From Takakia lepidozioides (lineage: Eukaryota > Plantae > Bryophyta), in the NCBI GenBank assembly GCA_030704615.1, contig CM060732.1:23870001-23934000 (forward strand): 64,000 nt of DNA, read 5' to 3'. Positions 38,470-52,260 of this stretch are shown here, piece after piece. Position 1 is the stretch's first letter, and every line of letters begins with the position of its first letter. A program made the translations under genes and the position numbers. Below the pieces are notes generated by a model. It had not been told where the DNA came from. It worked only from the letters and a program-made list of their open reading frames with translations, and searched no databases.

Positions 38470-38735
38470 GGACTTTTCCAGGTGGCACTTTTTTTTAAAA
38501 CTCCATATGGTATGATGAGCAGTATTATGATACACTTTCCGGTGGCACTTCTTTTGAGATTCCAGATGGCATTATAGTAGACTTTCCAGGTGACATTTTT
38601 TTTTCATTCCAGATGGCATTATAATACACTTTTCAGGTGGCAATTCTTTTTTATATTCCACATGGTATTTTGATATTCCAGATGGTCTTGTGATACACTT
38701 TCCAGGTACTTCTTTTGATATGCCAAATGGTATTA
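38470..38735. repeat. Tandem ~50-bp repeats (ACTTTCCAGGTGGCA / TTCCAGATGGCATT), probably transposon subterminal
   Basis: About 5 copies visible directly. Confidence 0.75.
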
Positions 38736-38753
38736 TAATATATTTTTGGTGTC

Positions 38754-38938
38754 TCTATATATATATATATGACGCCTTCCGAAGGGAGCGTAATTTATGG
38801 TGTCACTTAACCCCGAAGGGCTACTGCCTTCCAGCAGCAAGGTGGACACCTTCATGACACACCGGATGATGGTTTGAACCCACAACCACATCCAACGTGG
38901 TATGTGCCCATTACACACTGGGCTACATGCTGGTTGTC
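38754..38938 (-). mobile_element. tRNA-derived SINE, same family as 51651-51846
   Basis: A box TAGCCCAGTG, B box GGTTCAAACC, (TA)n tail, TTGGTGTC duplicated on both flanks. Confidence 0.8.
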
Positions 38939-39369
38939 TTGGTGTCCATATATAGCAACTTCCCCACTTCCTACATATGCAGTTTGTCTCTGATGTGCAG
39001 TGCACATAAGCTAAAATAAAGGCCAAGAGGCTATTGCTACTACAGGTGCCTCTATTGAGGTCCACCATACAATGCATAGTTGAGGTCCCCTGTACAATCC
39101 TTTCTTAGCACATAAACAACTGCTGAAAATCACAAAGGAGCTAGCAAGATGTGACTGCAGCACTCACGCTACCATCTCCTTCTTTCACCTCCTCCCTGCC
39201 CTAAAAACAAAGACGAACCCCCACAATTAATAAAATATGGCCACAAAACACTCAGTTCACTACTTGGTTACTGGAATCACCCCAAGACAGGGTATGCTGA
39301 TGCAGTTAACACATGGGCACTTGAAATGATTTATTTCTAGAATGAAAAGCAAGCAATGAGTGCCCTTAC

Positions 39370-40945
39370 ACATCTATAAGGTAAAGGATGGCGCCCATTG
39401 TACTTCCAGCAGCGTTGGCAATCAGATTGTAGTGGATAAGCATTGCTCCCTACACGAATGAAGGCAAGGCACATAAAGGCACATCCAACACGAACACAGA
39501 TTTGCTCCAGCTGAGAACTATCACAAGTTCAAAATATGAATTCATGATGAGTTGTTATGAAATTTCCAAAGCAAGATTGAAATAACAAAAGATTAGTCTC
39601 AATTACTGAATAAGACTAACTCTGACAACATTAACTTGTAGCACGATGCAAAGTGACCTCAACTAATGTGACACCTCCGAACTAGAAGATGCATCCTCCT
39701 CAGTTGTGAGATACATGGATGATTAAAATGTGGCTACAAACAATTGAACGTAAGAGAAGTGTAAAATGTGTACCTTTGGAACCCCAGTAGTACTGCTCAT
39801 ATAACATATGGTGGCTAGGTCATGAGGATATGGTGGCACAAATTGTTGCAGATCAGCTGCCCCCTGGCAACAACAGAGAGCTGAAATTGAATACCCAAAT
39901 CCTAATATATCAAACGTCCCAAAGGATCCAGTCAAGCAACCAGTTGAAGCGAGATAAAACAGTGTTCTAGGTAAGGTTTACCTGCTAGGATAGTCTGAAG
40001 GCTGAATCGTCGTCGAAAGAGGAAAGAAATGCGAACTTCCTATCTAAGAAATGTGTCAGAAGCGTCAAGTCCTTGATCAACTACTCTTGACACTCCTATC
40101 CTACTTGACAACATTCATATTGATCAAGTACTCTAGGGAAAATCTGTGACTAATCCTGTGTGAGATTGAAACAAATATGGACTAGAGACTAGGGACTCCT
40201 ACGGATAACCACAGTTCGACCAAAACCAAATGCATTAACCATCAATTGGGAAAATTAGAAATAAAGCATTTCTAAGTTTAGAACAGAGTTGAAAGAATTG
40301 ATTGAGGAATAAGAAGGTGTGAGGAAATGAGCAAGAGTTTTACTCGCCAACAGTGCCATCGTCCCGGATCCTGGTTCCCAAAAACTTGTTGTCTGCAAAT
40401 GACTCTGATGCATACCTTCACACACCAATCCCACATCTCAGGGCATGAGCTAAGCACATTTGAAGCCATTCTTCGAAGTAGACAGTACAACTTTCACTGT
40501 TGAACTTCATGGCCCTCCAGCCTGTTATTGTTCTATGCTCCTAAGATACAAAATCCCATTCTTTACACCTGCCAACCGACTGCACAAGGCTGGAACCACT
40601 CCTAAGGCAACAACAATGTACTTCTGACTAGAGGCAATTAGAGGGTTCAGGAGGTCAGAATACTGAACACATAATCATGTCTAAGACTAGACTGTTGAGT
40701 TCCCAATACACATGACACTTATGGATGCCTTACAGATAGACTAGGATGCAAGTGACCAGCCACACCTGCAATAAGCTTGAATGTGTGAGCTGAATACATA
40801 TACAACACAATCAACATAATAGCCCCCAAATCATGAATTGGTCCAGTTAGCTTACACAAAATTGTCATAAGTGTGTGAATATCAGGATGGCCAAGCCAAT
40901 GGTCCACCAGCTGCAATGGAGAGAGCTTTGATCTGCCACCAACCA
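39370..40945 (-). pseudogene. Fragments of a peroxisomal long-chain acyl-CoA synthetase (LACS6/7-like)
   Basis: Collinear exon relics RSKLSPLQLVDHWLGHPDIHTL, ESFADNKFLGTRIRDDGTVGE, FVPPYPHDLATICYMSSTTGVPK (canonical AMP-binding YTSGTTGxPKG is damaged) and GAMLIHYNLIANAAG. Most exons are missing. Confidence 0.75.
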
Positions 40946-42239
40946 TATCCAAAAAGCAAAAAGGCTCAAATGGCATATAGAATGTCCATATCATAACAAC
41001 GGAGGTATGTCTGTGACATTCACAGGCAACTACCGCAAGAGGAATGGTTGACCTTAACTGAAAATGCTCAAAAGTTGGCCCTAAGCTGGCACTCATCCAC
41101 AATGCGGCTCAACTCAGTTACTATAGTTACATGCTTTGACACATTAATTACCATGCTGCTTGCGATCCGGGTAGTTCCCTACGAACTTCAGCATATCTCT
41201 GCACTCACCCCAACTTGCAGTCAGTCCGCATACATTCCAACTTTGAGAGTCAAATTACTTGATATTTTCCTTCATAAACCAAATGCTCTCTGTCACTCTC
41301 TGTCATCTGTCTTCACATCCATGTAAGAATGTCCAATATAAACTTTAGCCGTCAGTCGCCAAACATCAGGCCATTGTCCCTTTTGTTGTTGTGCATCTGA
41401 ACCTGCAATTCACAGCCACAGTTCACGTGAGTTGACATTCTACACAAAAGTTGAACTCCTGGTCGAAGTACTGCTCCTTAAACTTTGCCTGAAAACAGCC
41501 ATAAGGACAGTATCCATAACTAAAAGCGGTTAGAAGGATAATTCATCTCAATTGTGGACAAGCCTAACCCCATCCTAATCATCAAAGGACGGAATCGTAG
41601 GAATTCCATGGACATAATTATGTTGTCAGCCTCCTTACTCCATCTCCATAGTAATTACAAAGTGAGTCTGGCACAAATCCTCCAGTGGGTTTGGCCACAT
41701 GTTGCTATCACTCCCAGACCTCTATAGGGCTCCTGGGGATCACAGAAAAGCTCCAAGTGTCCAGAGTGGTATAAATCAGTTGTGGCCAACAACCAGAAGA
41801 TCGATACGAAAGTGACAAATACATAGGGGGGAGGCCACCCTCAAGAATTCTCCTCTCATGTCCCATGAAGAGACCAACTTATCAGTGCAATTTCAGGCTG
41901 GTTTTTGAACACTAATGACCTAAATTGTAAGGGCTTCTCAGTGGTCTGACAATTATGTCCAGTGCAATCAGTAACGTGACAAGTATGAAGTCACGAAATA
42001 TAAGGCTAAAATCAAAGGTTACAGGTAGGATGTGATTTGGGAAAATGACAACGGCTGCACGTGTGAAACTTGATTTCCAATCACAGATGAGTTCTCTTCA
42101 TCCAACTGATTCATACACTTGAAGACGGCCACCCAATACATCATCAAAAACCACACAAACAACTAGAACAATCCTAAAAGGTTCCTGAGCAAGACTGTGA
42201 TACACAATCCATTACATAAGCAATGTGGATGTGATCAAA

Positions 42240-45200
42240 GGTTGCAGTACAGAAGGCTCAAAGTTCTTTCAAAGTTACTATGTAAAATCAGTGACCATTT
42301 TCAGTGGCTTTCAAGGACCTATTTCAAGCACTCAACAAGTGCTCAACAACCTTCACGACTTTCTCGCGAGTGCTCAACGCCTTGATGCCCTTGAAAACCT
42401 CTCTGTCGTGTTTCTTATTCTCACCCAGCATGAAATTTGTCAACTTCCCATACATCGTGTGGATGTCATGGGTTACTACACGCTCCATGTATTTAAAAGG
42501 CATCACATTCTCTTTATTCTCACTGCCAGGGAACACATAAATGAATTAGCTGTGATGTAATAAAAAATTCCAAACAATAGAAAAGTAACTCTAGGGTGCT
42601 TTAGTACCTTTGCTGTTTGAGAAGGCTCTCCAACATCGCCACTTTCTTGAGCAGCTCGGTCTCTATAGAAGATCTCATTGGCGGAGGCGCCGAACTGGCA
42701 GGTCCAACTCCTTCTCCGTCATTGATCGTACCCTGCTCCAGACAAGATCGCAAGATCATCCTCAGTTGAAGTCAGGACTGTAGGATAGAGGCTCGGTCGA
42801 TAGAATGGATGTGCACAGCAGCACCACCTCTGGATGCGCCTCACAAAAGTCATCTGCATCCCTGCTACACCATTCCTCACATAGACCAGTGCCCAAGTGA
42901 GCCAGGGGGAGGGGGTGTTAGGCAGAGAGAGGTCAGGATAGAAAAAAGAGACAGAGTAACAACGATGACGTTCACACCTATGTGGCAAGAAGTCGAAAGG
43001 CCTCTTTTTTGGGTAGAGGAGGTCCAGGGAAAAAAATAAAAAAAAATGAACTTGATTAGAGCAATGTCCATGGGACCTAGAGCACAAAGAGAACGAAAGT
43101 ATAATTGAAGTACTAAAACAATGCCAAACAGAGATAGAAAGCAAGAGAGAATTTACATATGCAGGGGAATAAAGAGATAGGAGAAAACTTAACCATGCTT
43201 GCGGTGTAGCCAAAACCCCAGCACACATGGACAAAGTGCAAGGCAGGAGCAAGGAATGAAGACCACGAAAATATAAGAAGCGGACTTTGCCTATTGTAGG
43301 CTTCTAGTCATCCACCCGAACCCCCTTTGGACAGTCCTGGGCGTTTTTCCATATGCCAAAACTCCTTGCTATAGAGGGATGGAAATAGGACGAAAAACAA
43401 CTGACTATTTCCCATGGTCTTGCACCAATATGTACCTCAATATACAATCCACTCTGGTTTTCTAGATTTTCTCGAGAAAACGCTTAACCATATCACTGCA
43501 TATTCACCTCAGTATTCAGATCCAAAGAAGGCTGCATTTGATAATATTTTCGAGAGTAGGCCAGCACCCGATGGCCTTGCCGGACGATTCGAATAGAGAA
43601 ACCTATTGGATATTGAGAATTTTACCTTCTTCTACTTCTTCTTCGCAGCTGCCACCTTTTTCTCGAGCTCAGCAGATGCTTCAGGAAAGCTGAGGACAGC
43701 TCCCTCACCTACATCATCCAATGTCATCTTCATCTTCTTCTTCTTCTTCGGTACAGCTGGCAACTTTTTCTCGAGCTCAGCGGATGCTTCAGGAAGGCTG
43801 AGGACAGCTCCATCCACTATGTCATCCAATGCCATCTCAACCTGCAATTCCAGCCATGGTTCTGTTGAGTTTACATTCTTAATTTACAATTTGACCAATT
43901 CAGATGCAGTGGTCAAAGATGTTCCAAAGACAAATGAAACAAACGAACTCTCTAAGCATGCATAATTTGACAAACGTACTAATGGTAGTAGACATACATA
44001 TTGCTTCAATTCAATGTTCAGATTGCAACCGGAAAATCAGGCTGAGAAACAGGATCCAATTGGGGAGGATAAGGGCTGCAAGGAGCAATCAAGCTTGCAG
44101 ACTGCACTGTGTTTTTCTTCTTCCAGTAATGTAAGATTTCTTTGGTGGCCTCGTAGATATCACTGGATTGCCATCTATATGTTATAGATGCAAAATTGAG
44201 AGTTGCCATGTCTGAGCACTTCTGCTCAATCAACTTCTTGACCTCGATGCGCGCTTCAACATCCTCCCAAAGGTTAGGAGGATGCTTTCAGAATCTTTCT
44301 ATTATGCATGAAAGAGAGATATTGTGTGTGCCAGGTCCTACGCAAGCACTCATTACCATATTTTTTTCCTGCCTCCCGAAATCTGCTAGCAGGGGGGTTG
44401 AAGATATTATTGTATGTGGGCACCTCTAGCAAAAGTCCTTTTGCTTGTGGCATAGTACTCATAATGCTTCCTTCAGATGCCTCACATGATGATCTGCTCT
44501 TCTGGTCACAATTCCAAGCTTTTGAAATTTGAGCAGCACCTGCATCACCTTCATGAGCTAAGGCTTGCAGTTGTTGGAGGATCTGCAACCCCTGCAGCTC
44601 AACCCTTTCCTGTGGCTGTTCTGTGTTGGTAATTACCACAGGCTGCAAGATAGATAAATTCAAAAGAGTTAATACTATGTTTAGTTCAGCCCATGTCTCT
44701 AGGTTTTTGAGCTGTCACGACTGAGATAATACCTTATCTTTCAAAAATGCTGCACAAGGATTGAAAGCAAACATTCATAAAAAAACACACACCCTATTGA
44801 CATGGACAGTGCAGTAGTTGAGAGAGAGAATAAAGAAAAGTAGCAACAGCTAGGTCAAAACGAGTTTGAGGCAATTAAACCCATTCACCGAGTTGGAATG
44901 GTAAGAAGACAACCTTGACATATGCCATGATACCAAAAGCTGCCCATCTTCCTGCTCAACCACTTCTTGAACTTGAAGAAGAAGATGGCTGAGAGTCAAG
45001 ACAACTACTTATAACCCCTTGAAATACAAACTGTTTGGCATTCCTGCATAGTACCTTACCTCTGGCAGTTGGGCAATTGCAGGATTGGGTAGATCAAAGG
45101 CGGCACATGTTGAGTCCATTGGAAGTCCATGGATTTTTATTTATTGTTGTTGAGTCTATTGCTTTCAGTTTATTTTTTTAAAGATAGATAGTAGTATACA

Positions 45201-47716
45201 TAACATTTTTAGTAAAGAGTCCCTCCTCAAATATTGAAAACATTCTTTACTAGATATTTTAATCTTTAATTTGAAAAAATATTTAGACGTCAAAATCTAG
45301 AGTTTACAACCGCTTGTCCATATACCACCTGGCACCTCTAGATTATAGGTTTGTATGCATTTTTAGTAAAAGACAACACCTCAAAACCCAAAACATAAGA
45401 TGCTATAGATTCAACTTGTTTTTATATGCAAAATAGTCCATAGCTCTCAATTCCTAAGATAACTAGTCCATATAAAAGTGGATTTGGGTTGGATTTAAAA
45501 ATGGCACCCCTAGTGTGTTTTCCTTTGTGCTAGTATATGAGTGTACATGATGTTTTTTCAGTCCATAAAATTTTATGTGTAACATCTGCACTCCACAGTA
45601 ATCAACTTTAAAAGTCCATGGCTCTCTGGTACATGATTGTTTTTGCAATCTAACAATTGGTACACATACCTATTGTAGTTAGAAACCCTATACCATAAAA
45701 ATTTAGATGAAACGTTGAGTTGTTGGACAAATATGGGTAAAACCATGGAGGGGGGTCACTGCATAAACTGCCATGTTACACAAAAACTGAGACTTAGGTC
45801 CAATTAAGGCACCTTGTTTGAAATCTTTGCAGGTTTCTTCAAAGCCTGTTGCAAGGGCGGCAGATTTAGTTCGCGCAACTTTGCATTGTTTCTCTCGATG
45901 TTCTCCATGCGTAGCTTTTCATAATTGGTAAGCACTTCAACATCATCTTCATTGGACAGAAGAGATGCTGGTACAAGGGGTTGCTTCATCTACAAACAAA
46001 ATTCCATTAGTCTTGGCTAAAAGAGGTGACTCCCACATTTCAGGGCTTGAAATGTGAAGCAGGAAGCAAGAAGACTGAGAGTCTTCGTTTTCAAACTTGG
46101 GGGGAATCTGAGCATGCATCGCCAGGCAATTCAAAGGCAGCCATAGGAGATCCGCAATATAACTGAAACCAGCAACCAGATTGTGTTTTGTATCAACAAC
46201 CAGGAAGAATGGTCTAGGCCGACTAGTACTCATTATGCAAGGCATTTAAATGTGTCACATTGTATCTGGCCATAGAGAGACAACAAAAGTAAGCAGATAC
46301 ACAATTACAGAGTGCTGCATATGGCAATTAGGTTGCCAAATGTCAGAGCAAAGCTGTACAAAAACTTGACACATCCCAAAACTTGTGACTAGTAATCGTA
46401 AACTGTGCACAGGAATACTCTTATAGTATTCAGAAAAAAAAAATTGTAGAGGCCTCATACGTGTAATTGTTAAGCACTTCAGACCGTGCTTAAACTCCAG
46501 TGATACAAAAAACCTCAATCATAATTTTGAAAGAAGGTATCAACAGTAAGCCAAAGGTCCCATCTGCATTGTTTAGTATATCATAACCAGGTAGCCAATT
46601 GTTTCATCAGACTGTATAACAAGTCAAAGAGGCATTGGAAATAGTTCCCAGTCATCACAGGTGAGTAAGAACACTCAGACTTACATGATTTTTCAGGCTC
46701 ATTTCACTGAAGTATCACAATTATACCTTTTAAACCAACATGGACAGTGCTAAATTCCAGGGTTTCAAGATTCATCACAATACAGATTCATCATTCTCAT
46801 TCCTTGCCCTGGTAACGCTCACAACGGACACATGATCTCAAACTCCAAGCCTAAATGAGCTAGAGGAGATAAAATACCTCCAGAAGGTTATTAGAACTTG
46901 GTCTGCAGTGCGGAACCTTGAATCTCATTGGAGTCCTCCAGGCACCTCCAGCAACTCATCCTCTAACTTACATCTGTTCAACATTAACTAATGGTTGAAC
47001 TCTATTACTATTTCCAGTTGTGGCAATGTCTACAACGAGTAAGACTCCTGCAACTGTAAAGTGTGTCCCAGCCCTGCCCCTCTGCCTGCTTGTGGCATTT
47101 CCTATGTGCTTGTTGACACTCTCGCCTAGACGAATCAATGGTCATCCCACATAAACAACTCCCCCTCGTCTCTACCCTCTCTCACAAACAGTAAAACGGA
47201 CAGACCATTTGTGAAATTTCAGCCAATTACAGGGAATCAGGTGTTTAATGCCCTATTAGCTTAGACATTATCTTAAAAGGCTGAGTCGATTCTATAGTAT
47301 TACTGTACAGATAGTTGTTACGCGGTGTGTCTAGAACAGGGCAGAGAGAGAAAGAGGGAGAGTGGACCGCTTATAGCTTGAGCAATGGCCCGCTCCCTAC
47401 GAAGGATGGATACTTCTCTTGTGCAAGGGTGGGATTAGGACTCTTCTTGCGCAGCAAACCACAAGAGTTTCGGATATAACCAAAATTGAAGTTGCTTGTG
47501 GAGTTCTTCAAATGCATTTCTTAAGTCGCCGCTACAAATGACTGTGAATGAATGCTCCTACTCAAGATGCTTTGAAAGACAGGATGTACTTACCATTGTA
47601 CTCCATCTTTCACGACACGATAAGTAATAAAACTAAAGCTCCTGTAATCCAGCTCCTGAACACAACCGAAATCCCATAGCGCTGGTCTTCATGCTCTTCT
47701 TCTTCCTGTCCGCCAT
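42240..47716 (-). pseudogene. Multi-exon ORF relic of unknown function, probably a transposon accessory gene
   Basis: Coding-like blocks with splice-like borders at ~47716 (MADRKKK), 45804-45989 (YEKLRMENIERNNAKLRELNL), 44020-44660, 43630-43845, 42610-42800 and 42324-42536. Frameshifts and stops are present; that the blocks form one gene is inferred. Confidence 0.45.
43646..43840 (-). repeat. Two tandem ~108-bp coding repeats (LDD..GAVLS.PEASAELEKK)
   Basis: ORF 43632..43847 shows the duplicated peptide. Confidence 0.85.
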
Positions 47717-48736
47717 TGTTCCTGGCGCGACTACCTCCCGCCATCTCTATCCATTTTTTTAACATAATCCATTACAGAGTTTTTAGTTCATCCATTCTCA
47801 AGGGGTTGGGTACTTCATCCACTTTGGGGTTTAGGGTTCATCTAGTTTTAGTGTTCCACAGTATGCATGCAGAATGAGATCACTTCATTAGAAATATTGT
47901 AACTGTCACAGTGACTGCAGTGATATGTATGGTATGTTTTCTGATGTCAACCAGTGGGTGGAGGGAATGGAAGACAGCTGTGCATGGTCCCAGGTCTTCA
48001 CCGCACATGGAGATGAGGAATATTTACCATTCAAACAGGGGTGAGCATCATCCCTGCCTCTCTCTCTTCCTCAGCCCCAAAGTGCTATTATCTTCAGTCA
48101 CAATGCCACTAATCTCAATTTGCTAAATGAACAATGTTGGATTTATGGCAGTTCAAAACTGGGATTGTCTTTGAAGTGGGGGGGTTGTATCCCTTGGGCC
48201 TCTTCCAACAATGTATAGGACCTGAGCATACTTTCCACTCTCTTTTCATGATGGAAATACCTTAGTTACTGATCTCAGAGATTCAAGCGCTATAGATTCT
48301 AGGTCACTTGCATGCCCACTCTAAGATGCAATTTTGAAGGGGGGGGGGCTTGCATTTGGAGGGAGCAGTTCACTGGTTGTGGTGATCAGCGCTTTGGACC
48401 TTCACTGGGTCAATGATCTTCCAGGTGTAATGTCGCAGGTACACTTCAGTGACAGATACTTGAGATAGTCCATCAGCCCTGTTTTGATTATTCAGTCAGT
48501 GCGGGCTCAAGTACTTGTACTCAAGCCAGTGAGTGAGGTACTCAAGCACTTGTACTCAAGCCCGAGGTTTAAGCATTCGGAAGGAAGGAGGGCGATTGGA
48601 GGTGAATCCCTACTTGTGCGACTTGAAATGTGAGCGAGAGAGTGAGCAAACTCAGTGGGGCGGGAAGGAGACAGTGCGTGGAGCAGTGTCGATTGCAGAC
48701 GTTGGAGGGACAGAGATTGATCGAAGGTATTTAAGA

Positions 48737-51700
48737 ATGCCGAGGCAAGGCCGGGACAGACGAATTTGGTGCCGATGTATGCAGTGCAGACAAACTGCAC
48801 AGGGAGAAATACTAGTTAGCCACAACACAGCTACTGCTCATGCATGGAGGGATGGCATTTTTGACTTAGATGAACGAATCGGTCGCCCCAGCTCACAAGA
48901 TGCAGAGGCACAAGAGTTGTCTTCTCAAGGGACAACATTAGGTGAATGAAGAATTTGTAGACAATGTTCAAGTTGTGGAGGAGGCTCAAATTGAGCATTT
49001 GGAGGACAATGTTGGTACCCCGATGACATTGGCTTCTGCCTTGTTGACCCGGCTCATAGCAGTGCAAGGGGTATGGGACAACAGTGGCATGTCCATCGAA
49101 CTACAGGGCTTTATGCTCAAAGAGTTGTTTGGGGGCCTCAACATCAGGCGTGAGACTCCACTTGGGGAGCAGACTTTGGGAAAGTTGCTTAAACAAATGC
49201 CTGCAGATTGGAATGGAGACTTGGAAGGGATCCAAGCACCCTCATCGTGGGACAAGTTGTTGGAAACCTACAAGGAGTTAGGGATGGTGAAAGCAAGAAG
49301 GTGGAGGATGTGTGTGGGTACCGAGGAATTTGCACATGCTGTTAATGTCTACAGACCTAGCATGGAGGATAATTACAAAACTGGCCAAGTACAAAGTTGT
49401 GGGTGCAATCCACCAAAGAACAAACGCGATTGTTTGGAGTGTGCGAGTGATGTACAGATTGTGGGACTTTGAGGAAGGACATGCTTGCCTTTGATTACCT
49501 CCCAATTGCGGAGCAACTGGGCCTTATCATGCACTCGAAAACATATTGCAGAGAGATTTTGACCCTCTGGAGGAACCGTGATCGCTGGATGGGCAGGGAT
49601 GCGACAGACGCCCCTGCTCGGTTGGAAGAGTTCTGGGATGGTGAAAAAATGAGGGTTTATCAAAAAAATTGGAACCCGGAGCAGGAGTGGGAGTTATCGA
49701 CAAAGTGCTCTAATCCAATTTGTAGAATGGTGTACAATGCATTTCCAAGCAAGTCTGAATACTTGAGGCGTGGTTGGGACGATGTAAGAGCGGTGTATGA
49801 CTTTGAATGTTGGCAATGTTGAGGCAGCATTGTAGCACCAAAGAAAATGTGCAAGGGTGACCCAAGGTACAACGCTTTGGGAGCCCATTGGGATGGGTTT
49901 TTGACAACAAGACGCAATTCAAGAAATTGTTGGGTACTAGAAGTAAATATCTTGAATGTAGGCAAGGGAAGTTCCATTAGTTTATTGCCCGTGTTGTTCA
50001 TTCCCTTCAACACATGTCAAGAGGCTATTTTGGACAGGGTGAAGGATTCAAGGGCCTCTTTTTTACAACCTTTCATGGAGGAATTGGAGCAGATGTTTGT
50101 AGATGGATTTCAAACCCATTTCCAATATCCTCCACGCTTGATTAGCAGACATCTGTCAACGGAGGAAGGGCCCGTAGTTATAAGGGCCATGTTGATGTTG
50201 TTCATGGGAGACCATCCTGCCCAATGCAAGATTGGAATGTTGAAGGCATCTGGTAAAGGGGGTTGCAGGAGGTGCGTAATGCATTCTACTTTGGTGGGTG
50301 GTCAGTACGTGTATGATCATAACCGTCTACAAGTTCATGATGCCCCCTCCATGACGGTCTGTTCAGGAATTGTTTGAGGGTGTTCGGAATTGGAAACGTG
50401 CACCCACAAATGTTATTCGAGAACAGCTTGGACGTGAGAGTGGTGTTTCAGGAGAGTCACCTCTTTGGCGGTTGTACCATCTCCATGCGTTTGACATCTC
50501 TCAAGATCTAGTTTACGATATGATGCATATTGCAGGTTTGAACCTCTTCAAACACTTCATCTCCAAGTCTCTGAAGTGGTTGGCCTCCAAGATGCCTCTA
50601 CGCTATTAGTAGAGATCACAGTATATGCAAATGCGTCACCAGCACACGACCGTACGAGCTCAAGCAAGGCAGGTGGCCGACTAATCCTGTATAGAGGCAT
50701 TCTACATACATGGCTGAAGAAAATCAGCATTTCGTTCAATGGATGTTGCCGCATGTCCTTAATTTGCTGCACGGACGAATATCTCAGAGCAGGTGGACAA
50801 TTGGTATTCTTATGGATATTTCTCATTATTTTTTTAATTGGATAAGGAGGAAGGGATGGATGGTAGAGGACCTTGATGTTGTATATGTCCTCCCCCAAGC
50901 ATGGCGAGTGCACTCGGAGGAGCTGGATGGACCCAATGGTGCTCCTTTAGAACATGTTGCAGGTGCTGCACATATTCTAGAAGATGTTCTTAGGTTTGGG
51001 CCCAATGATGTGTATTGGTGCTTTGCTTTTGAGCGCGAAGTCTCGCGCTATGGAAGAATAAAGACAAACCAAAAGTTCATGGAGACCACCTTCATTCAGT
51101 ACTATTCACGGAGGCTTTTCAGCAGTGTGATGGATCGGGTTGGCGAGGAGAAGGATGGCTTCCAGATGGACCAGCGAGCCATTTTACTAGTACACAAACA
51201 TCTTGTTTGTCCCACAGGTAATTGCACATGTTTATTGTTTTTGTACCCAAATTGAGGGTGTTTAGAGCTTGTTGGCTGCCCAGCTTCACTTGGTTTCCGC
51301 ATCTTGTGCGAAATTTTTCTCACACAGTTTTTCTTTTGATGAGCAGGAGTTGACTGGGAGATTGAAGGTCGGTTTTGGTGTCCTCCGTGGCACAACAGGT
51401 GTGCCATGAGGGTACCTTCATCGAAAGGGCAAAGGAAGTCACAAAACTACTAGGGAACACGGCTCATAGCGTTTGTGCTGCAATGATGCATCTCAAAGGG
51501 ATTCTAATAGGGAAAAATGTTGTTGCGGGTGAAATTGCGTCCCCTGAATTGATGAGTATTTGCACATGCATATCACAGAGCAACAAGGAGATCCTGGAGG
51601 GAAGAGGAATGGATCTGAAATCCGCAAATTCAACTCCATCATGCTCCGGGGTGGACAACCAGCACGTAGCCCAGTGGTAATGGGCACATACCACGTTGGA

Positions 51701-52260
51701 TGTGGTTGTGGGTTCAATCCACGGTCTGGTGTGTCATGAAGGTGTCCACCTTCCTGCTGGAAGGCAGTAGCCCTTGGGGGTCAAGTGATACCATAAGTTA
51801 CGCTGCCTTCGGGAGGCGTCATACTTTACTTTACTTACTTTACTTTTGCTCCGGGCTGTCTTGTACAAAGTGGGTAGTGATGTAGTTGTTAAGCCAGATG
51901 ATGTTCACGGAACACCCTTCAAAGCAAAAATCAGAATGATTTTCAATCATGACTTTAGGAGTGAGGTTTCAGTCTACTTTGCTGCTGACTATTACTTGCA
52001 TTTGCAGGCTGTGCAAGGACCCAACCGTGCACTTGTCGACCTTGTTGATGAAGTGACCGGGATGAACGTCATTCTTAAAGCCAAGATGTTTCCATTTGAC
52101 TCCTCTTGCATTTGACCAATAGATTGCATCATGCACAAGTTCATGGCAATAGATCAGGCACCTCAGGGACGAACTTACAAAATTGCATATGAGTTGCAAG
52201 GCAACGAACGTCGCACACGTTTGCTTGCACAATGCCGAACTTTTCTTGAGGGTGGACTTT
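48737..52260 (+). mobile_element. Decayed EnSpm/CACTA-superfamily (Transposase_21/Tnp2-like) transposase
   Basis: N-terminal WCRCMQC zinc motif, EEFWDG, GDPR..HWDGF, FLQPFMEEL, GDHPAQCK..GCRRC, YDMMH, HILEDVLRFGP..YWCFAFER. Multiple frameshifts and a SINE insertion. Confidence 0.8.
51651..51846 (+). mobile_element. tRNA-derived SINE inserted in the transposase gene
   Basis: A box TAGCCCAGTGG, B box GGGTTCAATCC, (TACTT)n tail, 9-bp TSD TGCTCCGGG (51642-50 and 51847-55). Removal restores the frame RKFNSIMLRAVLYKVG. Confidence 0.9.
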
